Shown: piece by piece, positions 52,860-64,000 of the stretch
Layout of the letters: each line of letters begins with the position of its first letter
Position numbering within the stretch: the stretch's first letter is position 1
Origin: Octopus vulgaris
Taxonomy: Eukaryota
NCBI GenBank assembly: GCA_951406725.2
Contig: OX597826.1
Location: 75,888,001-75,952,000 of the forward strand
Direction: 5' to 3'
Length of the DNA stretch: 64,000 nucleotides
Notes under the pieces: generated by a model
Databases searched by the model: none
The model's input: the letters and a program-made list of their open reading frames with translations, nothing else
Told to the model about the DNA's origin: nothing
Translations under genes and position numbers: made by a program

Positions 52860-55800
52860 CTGTTCAAAGTAGAAAAAACAAACAAAAATACACATTAATT
52901 AGATTAACAACCTGACATTTGATCAGTTTTTAAATTTTTACTTGTTTCGGTCATTTACTTGTTTCAGTCATTTGACTGCAGCCATGCTGGAGCACCACCT
53001 TTAGTCAAACAAATCAACACTTACTCTTTGTAAGCCTAGTACTAATTCTATCGGTCTCTTCAACCAAACTGCTAAGTTATGGGGACATAAACACACCAAC
53101 ATCAGTTGTCAAGTGATGGTGGAGGGAGAAGCATGGATACACAAATATATGCATGCATATATATATATATATGTTGTGTAATGTCAGTGTGCATACTCGA
53201 CAGAGTGTAGGTACCTTGAGAGAAATGTTGGACCTAGGACTGGTTTTATAATAACATATGTCTGATGAAATGGTCTAATTATATAATAACATATCTCTGA
53301 TGAAATGGTCTGGTTTTATAATAACATAAGTCTGATGAAATGGTCTGATTATATAACAACATATGTCTGATGAAATGGTCTGGTTATATGATAATGTATG
53401 TCTGATGAAATGGTCTGGTTATATAACATATGTCTGATGAAATGTTCTGATTATATAATATACTGAAGTACATTATTGAGCAAATAAATAACTATTCCAT
53501 AGAATCATTCATAACATAATCTGAACAATTCATATTCTTTTATTATATACTTCCTTGAGTCTTCAACTGCTGATGGAATTATAGGGACACTAACAAGACA
53601 TAAGAATATGTCTTCAGCATTTTAAACCTGACAACCCATTACCTCACCTGGATGCAGACACAGCCTATCTCTTTCCAAAAGAAACAAAGGAGAAACAAAG
53701 TGAGAAAGAAGGAGAATGGACCCTAACATTAAACTGTTAAAAATGTACATTTTCTTCATTAAAATTTTAATTGCAACTAACAATTTACAAAAACAAACAA
53801 AATGTTTATGAAGCATATACAGTTGATAATCTTTTTATCCAAAATGCTTGGGACCTGATGTGTTTTACATTTTGGAATAGTTGTCAGTATGGAGACAGCT
53901 TAGTCATGAAACCCAAAACTAAACAGGTTATGTATTTACATTTTATAATACAGCTTACAAATATAATGTGAAGTGGTTTTATGTAGCACTGTAGTATGGA
54001 AGACACATATTAGTCATTCAAGAAACACACAAGCAACTTCACTTAACTCTCTAACATTCAGATTACTCTGTCAAATATAATGCTTATTTATCATCATCAT
54101 CATCGTTTAATGTCCGCTTTCCATGCTAGCATTTGACTGAGGTCTGGCAAACCAGGATGCGGCACCAGGCTCCAATCTGATCTGACAGAGTTTCTACAGC
54201 TGGATGCCTTTCCTAACGCCAACCACTCCGAGAGTGTAAAGGGTGCTTTTACGTGCCAGTCAGGCGGTACTGGCAACGGCCACGCTCAAATGGTGCTTTT
54301 TATGTGCCACCTGCACAGGAGTCAATCCTGCGGCACTGGCAACGACCTCGCACGAGTGTTTTTTCAAGAGCCACTAGTACAGGTGCCAGTAAGGCGACGC
54401 AGGTAACGATCATGCTCGAATGGTGCTTACTACATCCTCTCCAGAAAAATGGAAAGTTGGCTGCTTATAAATGCCAAAAGCTTCCTAAGCGAAGAATGCA
54501 CCCCACAACATAGACTGGTAGTTTAGTGACTTCAGGATCAGGGCTAAGTGGGTGCCCAGAAGACGACCAGCATGGAGGAGTATTTATATTGTTTCAAATT
54601 AATCCTGCACTATTTCATAGCTTCAGGATTTTGATCAGGTGATTCTATATTTCTAGAATGACATTGGAGGGAAGGTGTGAGAGGTCAGATCTGACTGGGT
54701 TGAACCTAAAAACAGGTAGAATGTTCCAGATTGAGCTGCTTTAAATGCTTAAGAATCAAACACTTATTATCTAATACCAAAATTTTCATCTCTCCAACCA
54801 TGACCTGATCACTGATAGAATTCCACTGCAATTGTTTTAGTTTCAACACATGATCTCAGATCAAATCACTTGTCTGACAAATCCACCCCAACAGTTTTAG
54901 ATAAATTTAGCACCAATCTAGTTAAACGGTTCTGCTTTGTGAACAGATCACTAATTACATTTTCAAACCCAATTAGTCAACCACGTAAAACAGATACAAG
55001 TTGCTTTCAGTTGTTACACTTTTGTCTCATGTTCACCTACAACCCATTCTTTTATAAAACCTTATTCAAGCAATTCCAAGAATTTGCCATTTGCTACTTC
55101 TCGTAATTGAAAACATTTTGACTTTTAGAGTTTTCAAATTTTGGAAAACGGAGTCTCAAATGCATTAACAAAATTACAAAAGAAAACATTCTTTTAAAAC
55201 AAGAATGATCCAACTTACTTTCTGGGACCATAAAACTGTCTCCTGTTGTCAGTATCATATTCTTGTAACCAATCCTTACTTTGATTTTGCCAAATTGAAC
55301 AAGGAACATCTAAGAAAATACAGGAAATATAAACAAAAACCGACACAAAATGCTACATGTGCCTTTACGGTTTTTCTGTATGTAACATGTTTACAAAAAG
55401 AAATTTCATTTTAAGGGGTGGGGGTTAAAAGAAGGTCACTGTGACATGGTGACAGGGATGTTTGTATTTTGAGTAGAAGAATGGGAAATAATCAGGTTTC
55501 GGAAGTTTGGTTCTACTACATGTCTGGGCAGGCAATAAGTCATTTGATAAAGATTGTGTGTAATATAAGTGTGTGCCAGTCGTGTTTATTTTTATTTATG
55601 CACCATATATATATATAAACCGAACCTGGAACTTAACTATGGCCTGTCTATAGCACTTATTCAGCATTACCTGACACCTTTGAGTCCCAATGACACCATT
55701 ACCTCAATATATATATATATCATATATAACGTCAGCTTTCCATGCTAGCATGGGTTGGACGATTTGACTGAGGACTGGCAAACCAGATGGCTGCACCAGG

Positions 55801-58800
55801 CTCCAATCTGATCTGGCAGAGTTTCTACAGCTGGATGCCCTTCCTAACACCAACCACTCAGAGTGTTAGTGGGTGCTTTTACTTGCCACCTGCACAGGAT
55901 GCAGTCCAGGGGCACTGGCAATGACCTCGCTGAAATGTTTTGTGTGTGTAACATCAACACCATCATTTAACGTCTGTTTTCCATGCAGCCATGGGTTGGA
56001 CGGTTCAACTGGGGTCTGGGAAGCCAGGACGCTGTACCAGACTCCAGTCTGATCTGGCAGTGTTTCTACAGCTGGATGCCCTTCCTAATGCCAACCACTC
56101 CAAGTGTATAGTGGGTGCTTTTTACGTGCCACCGGCACAGGGGCCAGAGGAACTGGCATCAACCACAATCGGATGGTGCATTTTTATGTGCCACCAGCAC
56201 AGAAGCCAGTCAAAGTGGCACTGGCATCAGGCTAAATATGTTTCATAGTGAGTGGAACCTCAGAATATCCAAGTGAGATGTATATCACAGCTACTCTTCA
56301 GGCTACGGATAACCTGATATATATATATATATATATAGATATCGGTCGAACCGTCCAACCCATGCTAGCATGGAGAACGGACGTTAAACGATGATGATGA
56401 TGATATATGATGATATATATATAAATTTAACAGCACAGTTAAACCTGGGTAGAATTTTAATTGATAAATTGCAATTATAGATTTTGGTTCTTTCTATATA
56501 ACTAACATTAACTCAGGGTGAGGAGAAAGAATCATGGACGAGTAGAAGACTAAACAGTTCAAATTGCATTCCATTCAGTTAAACGAAGCTTAACAACTTA
56601 TCTACCTTGGTTGTGGGTTTGCCTGTTCACTCTGACTAAGCTGCTGCTCAAAATGGTCAATTAACCCTGAACTTCAGCATCAAAGTGGAATTTGAACTCA
56701 GGCTGTATTAATCAGCTGCATGGCTGCTATCAATCTCTAAGTGCCCAAAAAGAACCTCCTCATACATAAAAAAAACGATCCAAGGGACATAACTGCATCA
56801 ACCCCCCCCCCATAGAAAAATCACAAAAAACAGTGGATAATGAATGGCCAGACTAACATGAACTGTCTCTTCCCAGAGGTAAAAATGGATTTTCCTAAGG
56901 CCAACACCCCTATCTAGAATAAGCGGAAGCTAACCAAAGCATCAATAACAATTCCAAACCCACAAGAGCTGGGAGAGGTCTACTGATGTGAAAAGACAGT
57001 CGAGAGTCAAGAACAGAAGTCATCAGTGGCTTTAGCTTCATGAACAGCAAAGCCCTTAAATACCTCCACCTTCACACAACTACTTATTTTAAGTGTTGGT
57101 ATTTATTTTAGCAATTTCTACTGTCACCTGCAGTTATGGGGCATTAAACACAGACACTGCTTTTTCAAGCAGCGTTAAACACACACACACACACACAAAC
57201 CCATAAGAAGCTTTCATAGCTTCTATCAACTGATTTCAATAGTCTGCTCAAGGCTATAGATCAGGGGTCACCAAACTTTGGCTCACGGGCCTCATCTAGC
57301 CAGCGCAGTCAGTTCATCCGGTTTTGTGCCTTTTGTGTAAGTACCTGCAATTGCTTCTGGTATGGCATCGGTGTTTGGAACAACTTATGTCCGAGAGCAA
57401 GCATTTTCTGTCAGCAAATCAAACGAGGTTGACTTATGAACATTTGAAAGCAATTCTCTTGGTCGGATGCAGTAATCCCAAAGCAAATATTGGTGATATC
57501 TTAAAAGCTAAACGCCAGTTTCACAAATCTCACTAACCATTTTTGCTGCTTATTTTGTGAGACTCAGATATGTGCGCATTGGGTGTGATATAATCATCTT
57601 ATTGCTAACATCACCTTCTTTGATAACTTTTTGGCAAATAAATATGTTGGTTGTCTTTATTCCATTGTGTATTTACTTTATTGTATTGAACAAAATGGTT
57701 ATGTGACCCATGCTTGTCATTCTGTCAGTTATCTGGCCCGTCGTGAAAAAAAGTTTGGTGACCCCTGTTATAGAGGATACTTGCCCAAGTTGCCACATAA
57801 TGGGATCAAACGCAAAACCAGATTGTTGCAAAACGGACTTCTAAACCGCAAAGCCTCACTCATGGACACTGAACCATTATCACTTATCAAAAGTGATAAT
57901 GATGCCTTAATACACATGGCTCACATATTGTCTTCAGGTTTGATCCTGCAGTGCAGCCCCTTGGGTAACTGTCTGCTACCACAGCCTCAAGTCAAACAAA
58001 GTCTTGGAAGTGAAATTTAGAAGACAAAAACTGTACCAAAATGCATCAAAAGGACCGTTCTTGTTTTAGGGTGGCACCCTTAACCCATTACACAGTTTAA
58101 CACCATTACATGAATTTAGGTCCTTTTAACACCAATCTATTAACCCCTTTGACACTGTGATTAAATTTCACTGACATTCTCATAATGGTGTTTATTATCC
58201 ACCAACACAATCGAATTGACATTCTCTGTTCCTGCAAAACTTTTCCTGTATCCTTTGTAGGTACAGTTTTTATATCCACCACCAAAAGTATTTGGTTCTT
58301 GTTCTATAAAGAGATATTCAATGAAAATATGGAGGGAATAAAATAAAGTAAAGCTGAAAAATTGTCTTTGTGAAAAGCATCACTGGGGGTTTATCCACTT
58401 CTCACAACATAAAGAGGGGTTCAGTTCTATATGCCCACCGGCATATGGCGTAGTGGTTAAGAGCGTGGGCTACTAGCCCCAAGATTCCGAGTTCAATTCC
58501 AGACAGTGACCTGAATAATAATAATAATATTGAAAAATACCATGGGAATGAGATCCCAGGTTCAAAATTTCTCCAAGACACCTGATGAAGGCTGGAGGGT
58601 ATATCAGCCGAAATGTGTTAACAACAAACAAGATGAGGACAAATATCCATCAAAATGTAAATAATATAAAGAGAGGTTCTTTTTCAAAGCCATAGAGTTG
58701 AAACTGCTTTCTGTATGGTGGTAAAATTTTGAGCACTAACCACTTTCTGAGGTCTAACCACTTTCTGTGTTCAATGGGTTAAAATTGTTCAAATCTAAGA

Positions 58801-60691
58801 AAGAATTTATGAGACACAAGCTGTAGTCACCAAGTGGATGTCATATTTAACACCTTTATATCGTTGTATGAATAGTGCAATATGAACAGATGTGAATTAT
58901 AGAGGAGACACACACAGAGGAAGCACTTACCACTTGATTCGTGGAACGGTTCAGTTGTTTATAGGCTCCTTTCTTCAGGGAGATCATCCCCATAAATGCC
59001 TTCTCTGTATCCAAACAACAGCAATACACAATATCGTGTTCATTTGCTGCATCCAACATTTTGTTGTTTATGTACCTATACGTCTGTTTGGGTGCAAAAC
59101 AACCTACAACAAACAAAAAAACAAATTTTTAATCAATAAAAGGGAAAAAGTTGAAAAAAAATTTCACATAGGCGCAGGAGTGGCTGTGTGGTAAGTAGCT
59201 TGCTAACCAACCACATGGTTCCGGGTTCAGTCCCACTGGCAAAAGAGACCGATAGAATAAGTACTGGGCTTACAAAGAATAAGTCCCGGGGTCGATTTGC
59301 TCGACTAAAGGCGGTGCTCCAGCACGGCCGCAGTCAAATGACTGAAACAAGTAAAAGAGAATATCTCTTCTTGTATGGTCATGGATCAACTCTGATGCAT
59401 TAAATCTATGGTCAAATGAGTTCCAACCATGACATTCCTGTCTTTATTTTCCCCCAGGATCAATGTACCTTGGACAACATTATTCAAAGTGTCCTTCTGT
59501 TCGTTTGTAAGATAATAGAGAGGGTGTGAAATGAAAGAGATTTGGCTTATGTTTCTAGCAAATCAAACCAGCAAGCAGAAGTACCCTCGTAGGTATGATT
59601 GGCATATTAATCAATATACAGTGATCTCTCGACTACCACAGGTGTTACATTCTGAAACCCTCCATGATAGGTGAAAATCTACGAAATAAAAACAGTACTG
59701 TACTGTATCATCATCGTTTAATGTCCGTTTTCCACGCTAGCATGGGTTGGACGGTTCGACCGGGGTTTGGGAAGCCAGGAGGCTGCACCAGGTTCCAGTC
59801 TGATCTGGCAGTGTTTCTACAGCTGGATGCCCTTCCTAATGCCAACCACTCCGTGAGTGTAGTGGGTGCTTTTTACGTACCAGGCGAGGCTGGCATCGGC
59901 CACGATCGGTTGGTGCTTTTTACGTGCTCGTAATAATTCGTCCCTATGTGCTGATAATTTCTTTCCTTCTTTCTTTCTCTACTTTGTCCCTTTCTCCATG
60001 TTACTTTGTCCTTTGCTCGCTCTCTACGATAATTTGCTCGTTGTCTATGACATTGTTTCTTCAAACCCCGTTTGCCTAATTCTTCTCTTTCCATATATCT
60101 GCCGCTCTCTCCTGAATCAAAACTTTGCCATTCGCAGCCTGTTTTCTTAACCTCTTTACTACTTCCGTCTGCCCCATTTTTTTTTTTATCATTTTTATTA
60201 TTTGTATACATTTATTTTATCAGAAATACAAAACAACACCACAGAGGAACTGACACAGGCTTAAATAATAAACTGTGATATGGCAAAGGATTAGGTTTAT
60301 TTAATTTATCGATCTACTCTTTTACAGGTTTGTGTGTATCAACGTAAACATAGAGAATTGTTTCTGCAGATGTATTTACTATGAATAAACATTGACTTTT
60401 ATGTACATACTTGTAAGACATCCTTTTTTTTTTTTTGTCCTTTCTTTAAAATATAATTTAAGCAATCAAGAGTCAATTAAAGAAAATACAGGATTGGCGG
60501 AAGAGATGTCTTGTGGGTACATGTTGCAATTCCCTGTGCTCCGAGTTCAAACCTTGCTGATGTCAACTCTCCCTTTCACTCTTCTGGGGTTTTAGTGACA
60601 GTCCCAGTGTGCAGCTCCTTAGGGAACTGTAGCTCCAGTTTGACCAAAGCTTTGTGAGTGAAACTGAAAGGTGGAAACAGTAAAGAAGCCC

Positions 60692-60729
<38 letters not shown>

Positions 60730-63079
60730 TTTGTAACTGATTTGATAAGAGACAACAGTGAAAACCACTGCAGGTAAAAATATCAATGAATTTAGATGCA
60801 GACAAGTTCCTGGGCTTGTGTCGATACAGAACAGAGGAATCCAATGGACCCAAAGACTGCATCACGCTTCTATGTCTATCTTGGAATGGTTTCTATGCGT
60901 CTGCCTTTCCTCACATCAACCACTTTACAGTGTGTACTGGGAGGACGTTTTGTGGCACCAGCACTAGTGAGGTTGCCATGTAGCTTGCTAGACTCTGAAT
61001 CCAAAGGAAGGAAGGCAACTTCATACTAGGCGATTAGAAATAGAGAGGGGTAAAGTAGGAGGTGGGGAAATATTGGAGAAGAACCAGTGAAGAGCCACAA
61101 AGACAATTAATAACAAAAACATTTTAAAAACTCTGAGTCCATACTTGATGCGTTATTGTCAGGTTTTACGACTTTCAGCAGGGATTCGTTTCTCATACTC
61201 CTGGTTGTATACTCTCCAGTATTTATATGATCTGGAAATAAAAAGGAAAAAGAGAAGCAATTATAAAAAACAGGCTCATCATCATCATTTAACGTCCATT
61301 TTCCATGCTGGCATGGGTTGGACGGCTTGGCAGGAGCTGGCAAGGCCGGAGGCCACTCCAGATTTCACAGTCTATTTTGGCTCGGTTTCTATAGCTGGAT
61401 GCCCTTCCTAATGCCAACCACTTTACAGAGGGTACTCAGTGCATTTTACTTGGCACTGGCACCAGTGCTTTTTATGTGGCACCATCATAAAGGCATTTTT
61501 ATGAAGGACCAGTACCAACTTCAATTGATAAAATGATGAACTGAGAGAAACATCATCATCGTCATCATTGATTAACGTCCACTTTCCATGCTAGCATGGG
61601 TTGGATGATTGACTGAGGGCTGGTGAACCAGATGGCTGCATCAGGCTCCAATCTTGATTTGGCAGAGTTTCTACAGTTGAGTGCCCTTCCTAATGCCAAC
61701 CACTCCGAGAGTGTAGTGGATGCTTTTACGTGCCACCGGCACGAGGGCCAGTCAGGCGGTACTGGCAACGTACCACCTGACATGTTATTGAAACAGGTTA
61801 TTGTTAATTGACATAAGGGTGGAATAGCAAAACATGTTATTGATTACATGAGACTGAACTGCCAAAATGTTGATTTAAATGACTGTTCCTCCCTCAACAT
61901 TTTGAGTTCAAATCCAGTCAATGCTGACTTTTCTGTCTTTATTCATTCATTATTGATCATGAAAGAGTTTCTGGAGTTGATTTCATTGACTAAATTCCTT
62001 CCTTCCAATAAAGGTGAGCCCTATACAACTGAGGCACTGTTTTACAACTGGATACTCTTCCTGTCACTAATCCTTAACTGTTTTTTTTTTTTAAATAAAG
62101 GATCTCTTATTCCATGTGACTTTGAAGGTATAGAGCAATGAAAAATTGGTTGACAGGGGAATCGACAACATCACGGCTTGTAGCTCAGCAATTTTTGAAG
62201 ATGTGCAAATGTAAACACACATACATATTTACAAACACAATATCCTTCCTCCTACTAACATGGAATTAAAATTTCTTATGATAACATAAAATTGTAAATT
62301 TAACAATAACTTCTTAGTTACGATTTGCACAAACGAAACTGGTCGACACTGTATCTTATTAAAAGAAAAGAAATTTCTGTGCATTTTCCTTATTTTATAT
62401 TTTTCACTACAATTTATTATGTGGAGAAAAAAAAACTTTTCATTGAAGCTTTTCACTATATATATATATATATATTACATATACACAACAGGCCTCTTTC
62501 AGTTTCAGTCTACCAAATCCACTAACAAGGCTTTGGTTGGCTCGGGGCTATAGGAGAAGACCCCTGCCCAAAGTGGCACATACTGAGACTGAACCTGAAA
62601 CCATATGGTTGGAAAGCAAAAAACCCTCCTAACCACAACACTTGCTTTTAGTACTGCTCTCTTCTGTATGCCTGGCACTCCGTCGGTTATGACGAGGATT
62701 CCAGCTGATCCGATCAACAGAACTGCCTGCTCGTGAAATTAACATGCAAGGGGCTGAGCATCCACAGACACAAGTACCCTTAACATATTTCTCAGGGAGA
62801 TTCAGCATGACACAGAATGTGACAAGGCTGGCCCCTTTGAAATACAGGTACAACTTGTTTTTGCCAGCTGAGTGGACCAGAGCAATGTGAAATAAAATGT
62901 TTTGCTCAAGGACACGCATTGCCAGGATTTGAACTCACAACCTTACAATTGTGAGCCGAATGCCCCTAATCACCAAAACTTACTTTTACTCTTCAACGTC
63001 TGTTTCTCAGTTGGTGGTGTCTGAGTTCTTTTGTTTCGGGAAGGTGAAGATTTGTCTCCTGTGACACCTGAGGGTACAC
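52792..63079 (-). CDS. CENPC: Centromere protein C-like (CENP-C/Mif2), 3' part including the C-terminal cupin dimerisation domain; 5'-partial
   Basis: Minus-strand exons 63079-62984, 61231-61145, 59103-58931, 55309-55219 and 52859-52792 are phase-consistent. They give ...SCFAPKQTYRY...LDTEKAFMGMISLKKGAYKQLNRSTNQVMFLVQFGKIKVRIGYKNMILTTGDSFMVPENEIYSLRNKSNHDCGLVVTILK*. This aligns by eye with the vertebrate CENP-C C-terminus as recalled (PQDTYQF...LDTPFFSTGKLIL...VFYVNFG...ILSTGDSFYVPSGNYYNIKN...LLFTQIK). Confidence 0.82.
53241..53460. repeat. 35-bp minisatellite, about 6.3 units
   Basis: Unit TGGTTTTATAATAACATATGTCTGATGAAATGGTC starting at 53241, 53276, 53311, 53346, 53381, 53416 (32 bp) and a partial unit at 53448. 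Confidence 0.92.
55219..55309 (-). CDS. CENPC: CENP-C-like exon, cupin core: MFLVQFGKIKVRIGYKNMILTTGDSFMVPE
   Basis: ttttcttag acceptor, gtaagt donor; LxTGDSFxVP motif. Confidence 0.88.
57262..57767 (+). mobile_element. Non-autonomous hAT (Charlie-like) element retaining the transposase C-terminus, nested in a SINE
   Basis: 16-bp TIRs CAGGGGTCACCAAACT / AGTTTGGTGACCCCTG; TSD CTATAGAT / TTATAGAG; CLEQLMSESKHFLSANQTRLTYEHLKAILLVGCS...KRQFHKSH* is the hAT dimerisation-domain end. Confidence 0.85.
58440..58668 (+). mobile_element. tRNA-headed SINE-like element with a hammerhead-like tail (copy 2)
   Basis: A box TGGCGTAGTGG, B box GAGTTCAATTCC; GACAC-CTGATGA-A-GGCTG...CAGCC-GAAA-TGTGTT; colinear with 47503-47720. 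Confidence 0.7.
58931..59103 (-). CDS. CENPC: CENP-C-like exon, start of the cupin domain
   Basis: ttgtag acceptor, gtaagt donor, phase 1 to 0; (S)CFAPKQTYRYINNKMLDAANEHDIVYCCCLDTEKAFMGMISLKKGAYKQLNRSTNQV. Confidence 0.85.
59708..59930 (-). mobile_element. SINE family D with a (GAT)n tail
   Basis: Minus strand GGTTGGCATTAGGAAGGGCATCCAGCTGTAGAAAC...GGACATTAAACGATGATGA. Copies at ~54091-54400, 55730-55900, 55960-56230, 56340-56410 (opposite orientation), 60860-60990, 61278-61490, 61555-61770 and 63798-63940. Confidence 0.75.
61145..61231 (-). CDS. CENPC: CENP-C-like exon: (N)HINTGEYTTRSMRNESLLKVVKPDNNAS
   Basis: tttccag acceptor, gtatgg donor, phase 1 to 1, 87 bp. Confidence 0.68.
62984..63079 (-). 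CDS. CENPC: CENP-C-like exon (low-complexity, basic): (G)VPSGVTGDKSSPSRNKRTQTPPTEKQTLKSK
   Basis: Long polypyrimidine tract plus cag; gtaagt donor; phase 1 to 1, 96 bp. Assignment to the gene rests on position and phase only. Confidence 0.65.
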
Positions 63080-63528
63080 CTGAGGGGAGAACAAAAAAAA
63101 AAACACACAACAATTTCATATTTGACAGACATTTCTGAAAACAATGAACAACAATGAAAGACAAAAAAAACATGCAAAAGAATAAACAGAATATGAAGAA
63201 AAGGAAAGAAAATTGAAGAACAGGAAAAATGGAAGAGAATTAAAGAAATAAGAATAGAATGGTAACTGCCATGAATGTATGTTTGTGCATTTGTGTATTT
63301 ATATACAGACACATATACATTTATTTACTTGTTTCAGTCATTTGACTGCAGCCATGCTGGAGCACTGCCTTTAGTTGAACAAATCGACCCCAGGACTTGC
63401 TCTTTGTAAGCCTAGTACTTATTCTATCGGTCTCTTTTGCCAAACCGCTAAGTTACGGGGACGTAAACACACCAGCATCAGTTTTCAAGCAATGGTGTGG
63501 AGACATCACACACACACACATGCATACA

Positions 63529-63586
<58 letters not shown>

Positions 63587-64000
63587 CACAACAGGTTTCT
63601 TTCGGTTTCTGCCTACCAAATCCACTCACAAGGCTATAGCTGAAGACGCTTGCCCAAGGTGGGATTGAACCCGAAACCATGTGGTTGGGAAGCAAGCTTC
63701 TTACCACACACCCATGCTGTGCCTAGAAACAATAACACAAATGGGCTGAGGTTCACTACAGCTGTTTCAGGTGAGTTTTTTTATTGGCCCATATCATCAC
63801 CATCGTTTAACGTCCGTTTTCCATGCTAGCATGGGTTGGACAGCTCGACCGGGGATCTGGGAAGCCAGGAGGCTGCACCAGGCTCCAGTCTGATCTGGCA
63901 ATGTTTCTACAGCTGGATGCCCTTCCTAATGCCAACCACTTCAATTAAATATACAATTCTTTTTATCCTGGGTGATGACCAAGCCAGTATGATTTCTTTC

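Noticed and set aside
53241-53460. CTGATGAAA in the minisatellite as a hammerhead core or C/D-box snoRNA
   Set aside because: No stem II between CTGATGA and GAAA, no terminal stem, and the motif is antisense to the host gene
53241-53460. CRISPR-like array
   Set aside because: Units are contiguous with no unique spacers, the context is eukaryotic, and there are no cas genes
58440-58510. tRNA-like sequences (here and at the SINE A/B/C heads) as functional tRNA genes
   Set aside because: The acceptor stems do not close, and each head continues into a repeated SINE body
59873-60211. 112-aa basic minus-strand ORF as a CENP-C exon
   Set aside because: No convincing splice sites or CENP-C motif; purine-rich low-complexity sequence running into a SINE
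60411-60443. Possible 33-bp phase-1 CENP-C micro-exon (KRTKKKKGCLT) with aag/gtatgt borders
   Set aside because: Weak AAG acceptor, built on a 13-nt A run, and inclusion lengthens the spacing relative to vertebrate CENP-C; needs RNA-seq junctions

Overview
AT-rich, microsatellite- and SINE-dense animal genomic DNA. It is most likely octopus (coleoid cephalopod); this is an inference from the repeat landscape. Two intron-rich genes converge tail to tail. (1) On the + strand, nine phase-consistent coding exons (23675-44289) encode a TINAG/TINAGL1-like cathepsin-B-family pseudopeptidase with catalytic Cys replaced by Ser. Its signal-peptide and SMB exons were not found. (2) On the - strand, five phase-consistent exons (63079-52792) encode the C-terminal cupin region of a CENP-C-like kinetochore protein whose 5' part lies beyond the window. 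The rest is introns and intergenic DNA containing at least four SINE families, hAT MITEs, Tc1/mariner and Merlin remnants, RTE- and R4-like LINE fossils, and Penelope-like (GIY-YIG) fragments. The most unusual signal is a set of short elements carrying minimal type-I hammerhead-ribozyme-like folds. One of these families joins a tRNA-like Pol III head to a hammerhead tail, and several copies form fold-back palindromes. SINE copies inside the CENP-C gene are visibly CpG-decayed relative to those in the TINAGL gene. Almost all ORFs in the supplied track are microsatellite or repeat artefacts.
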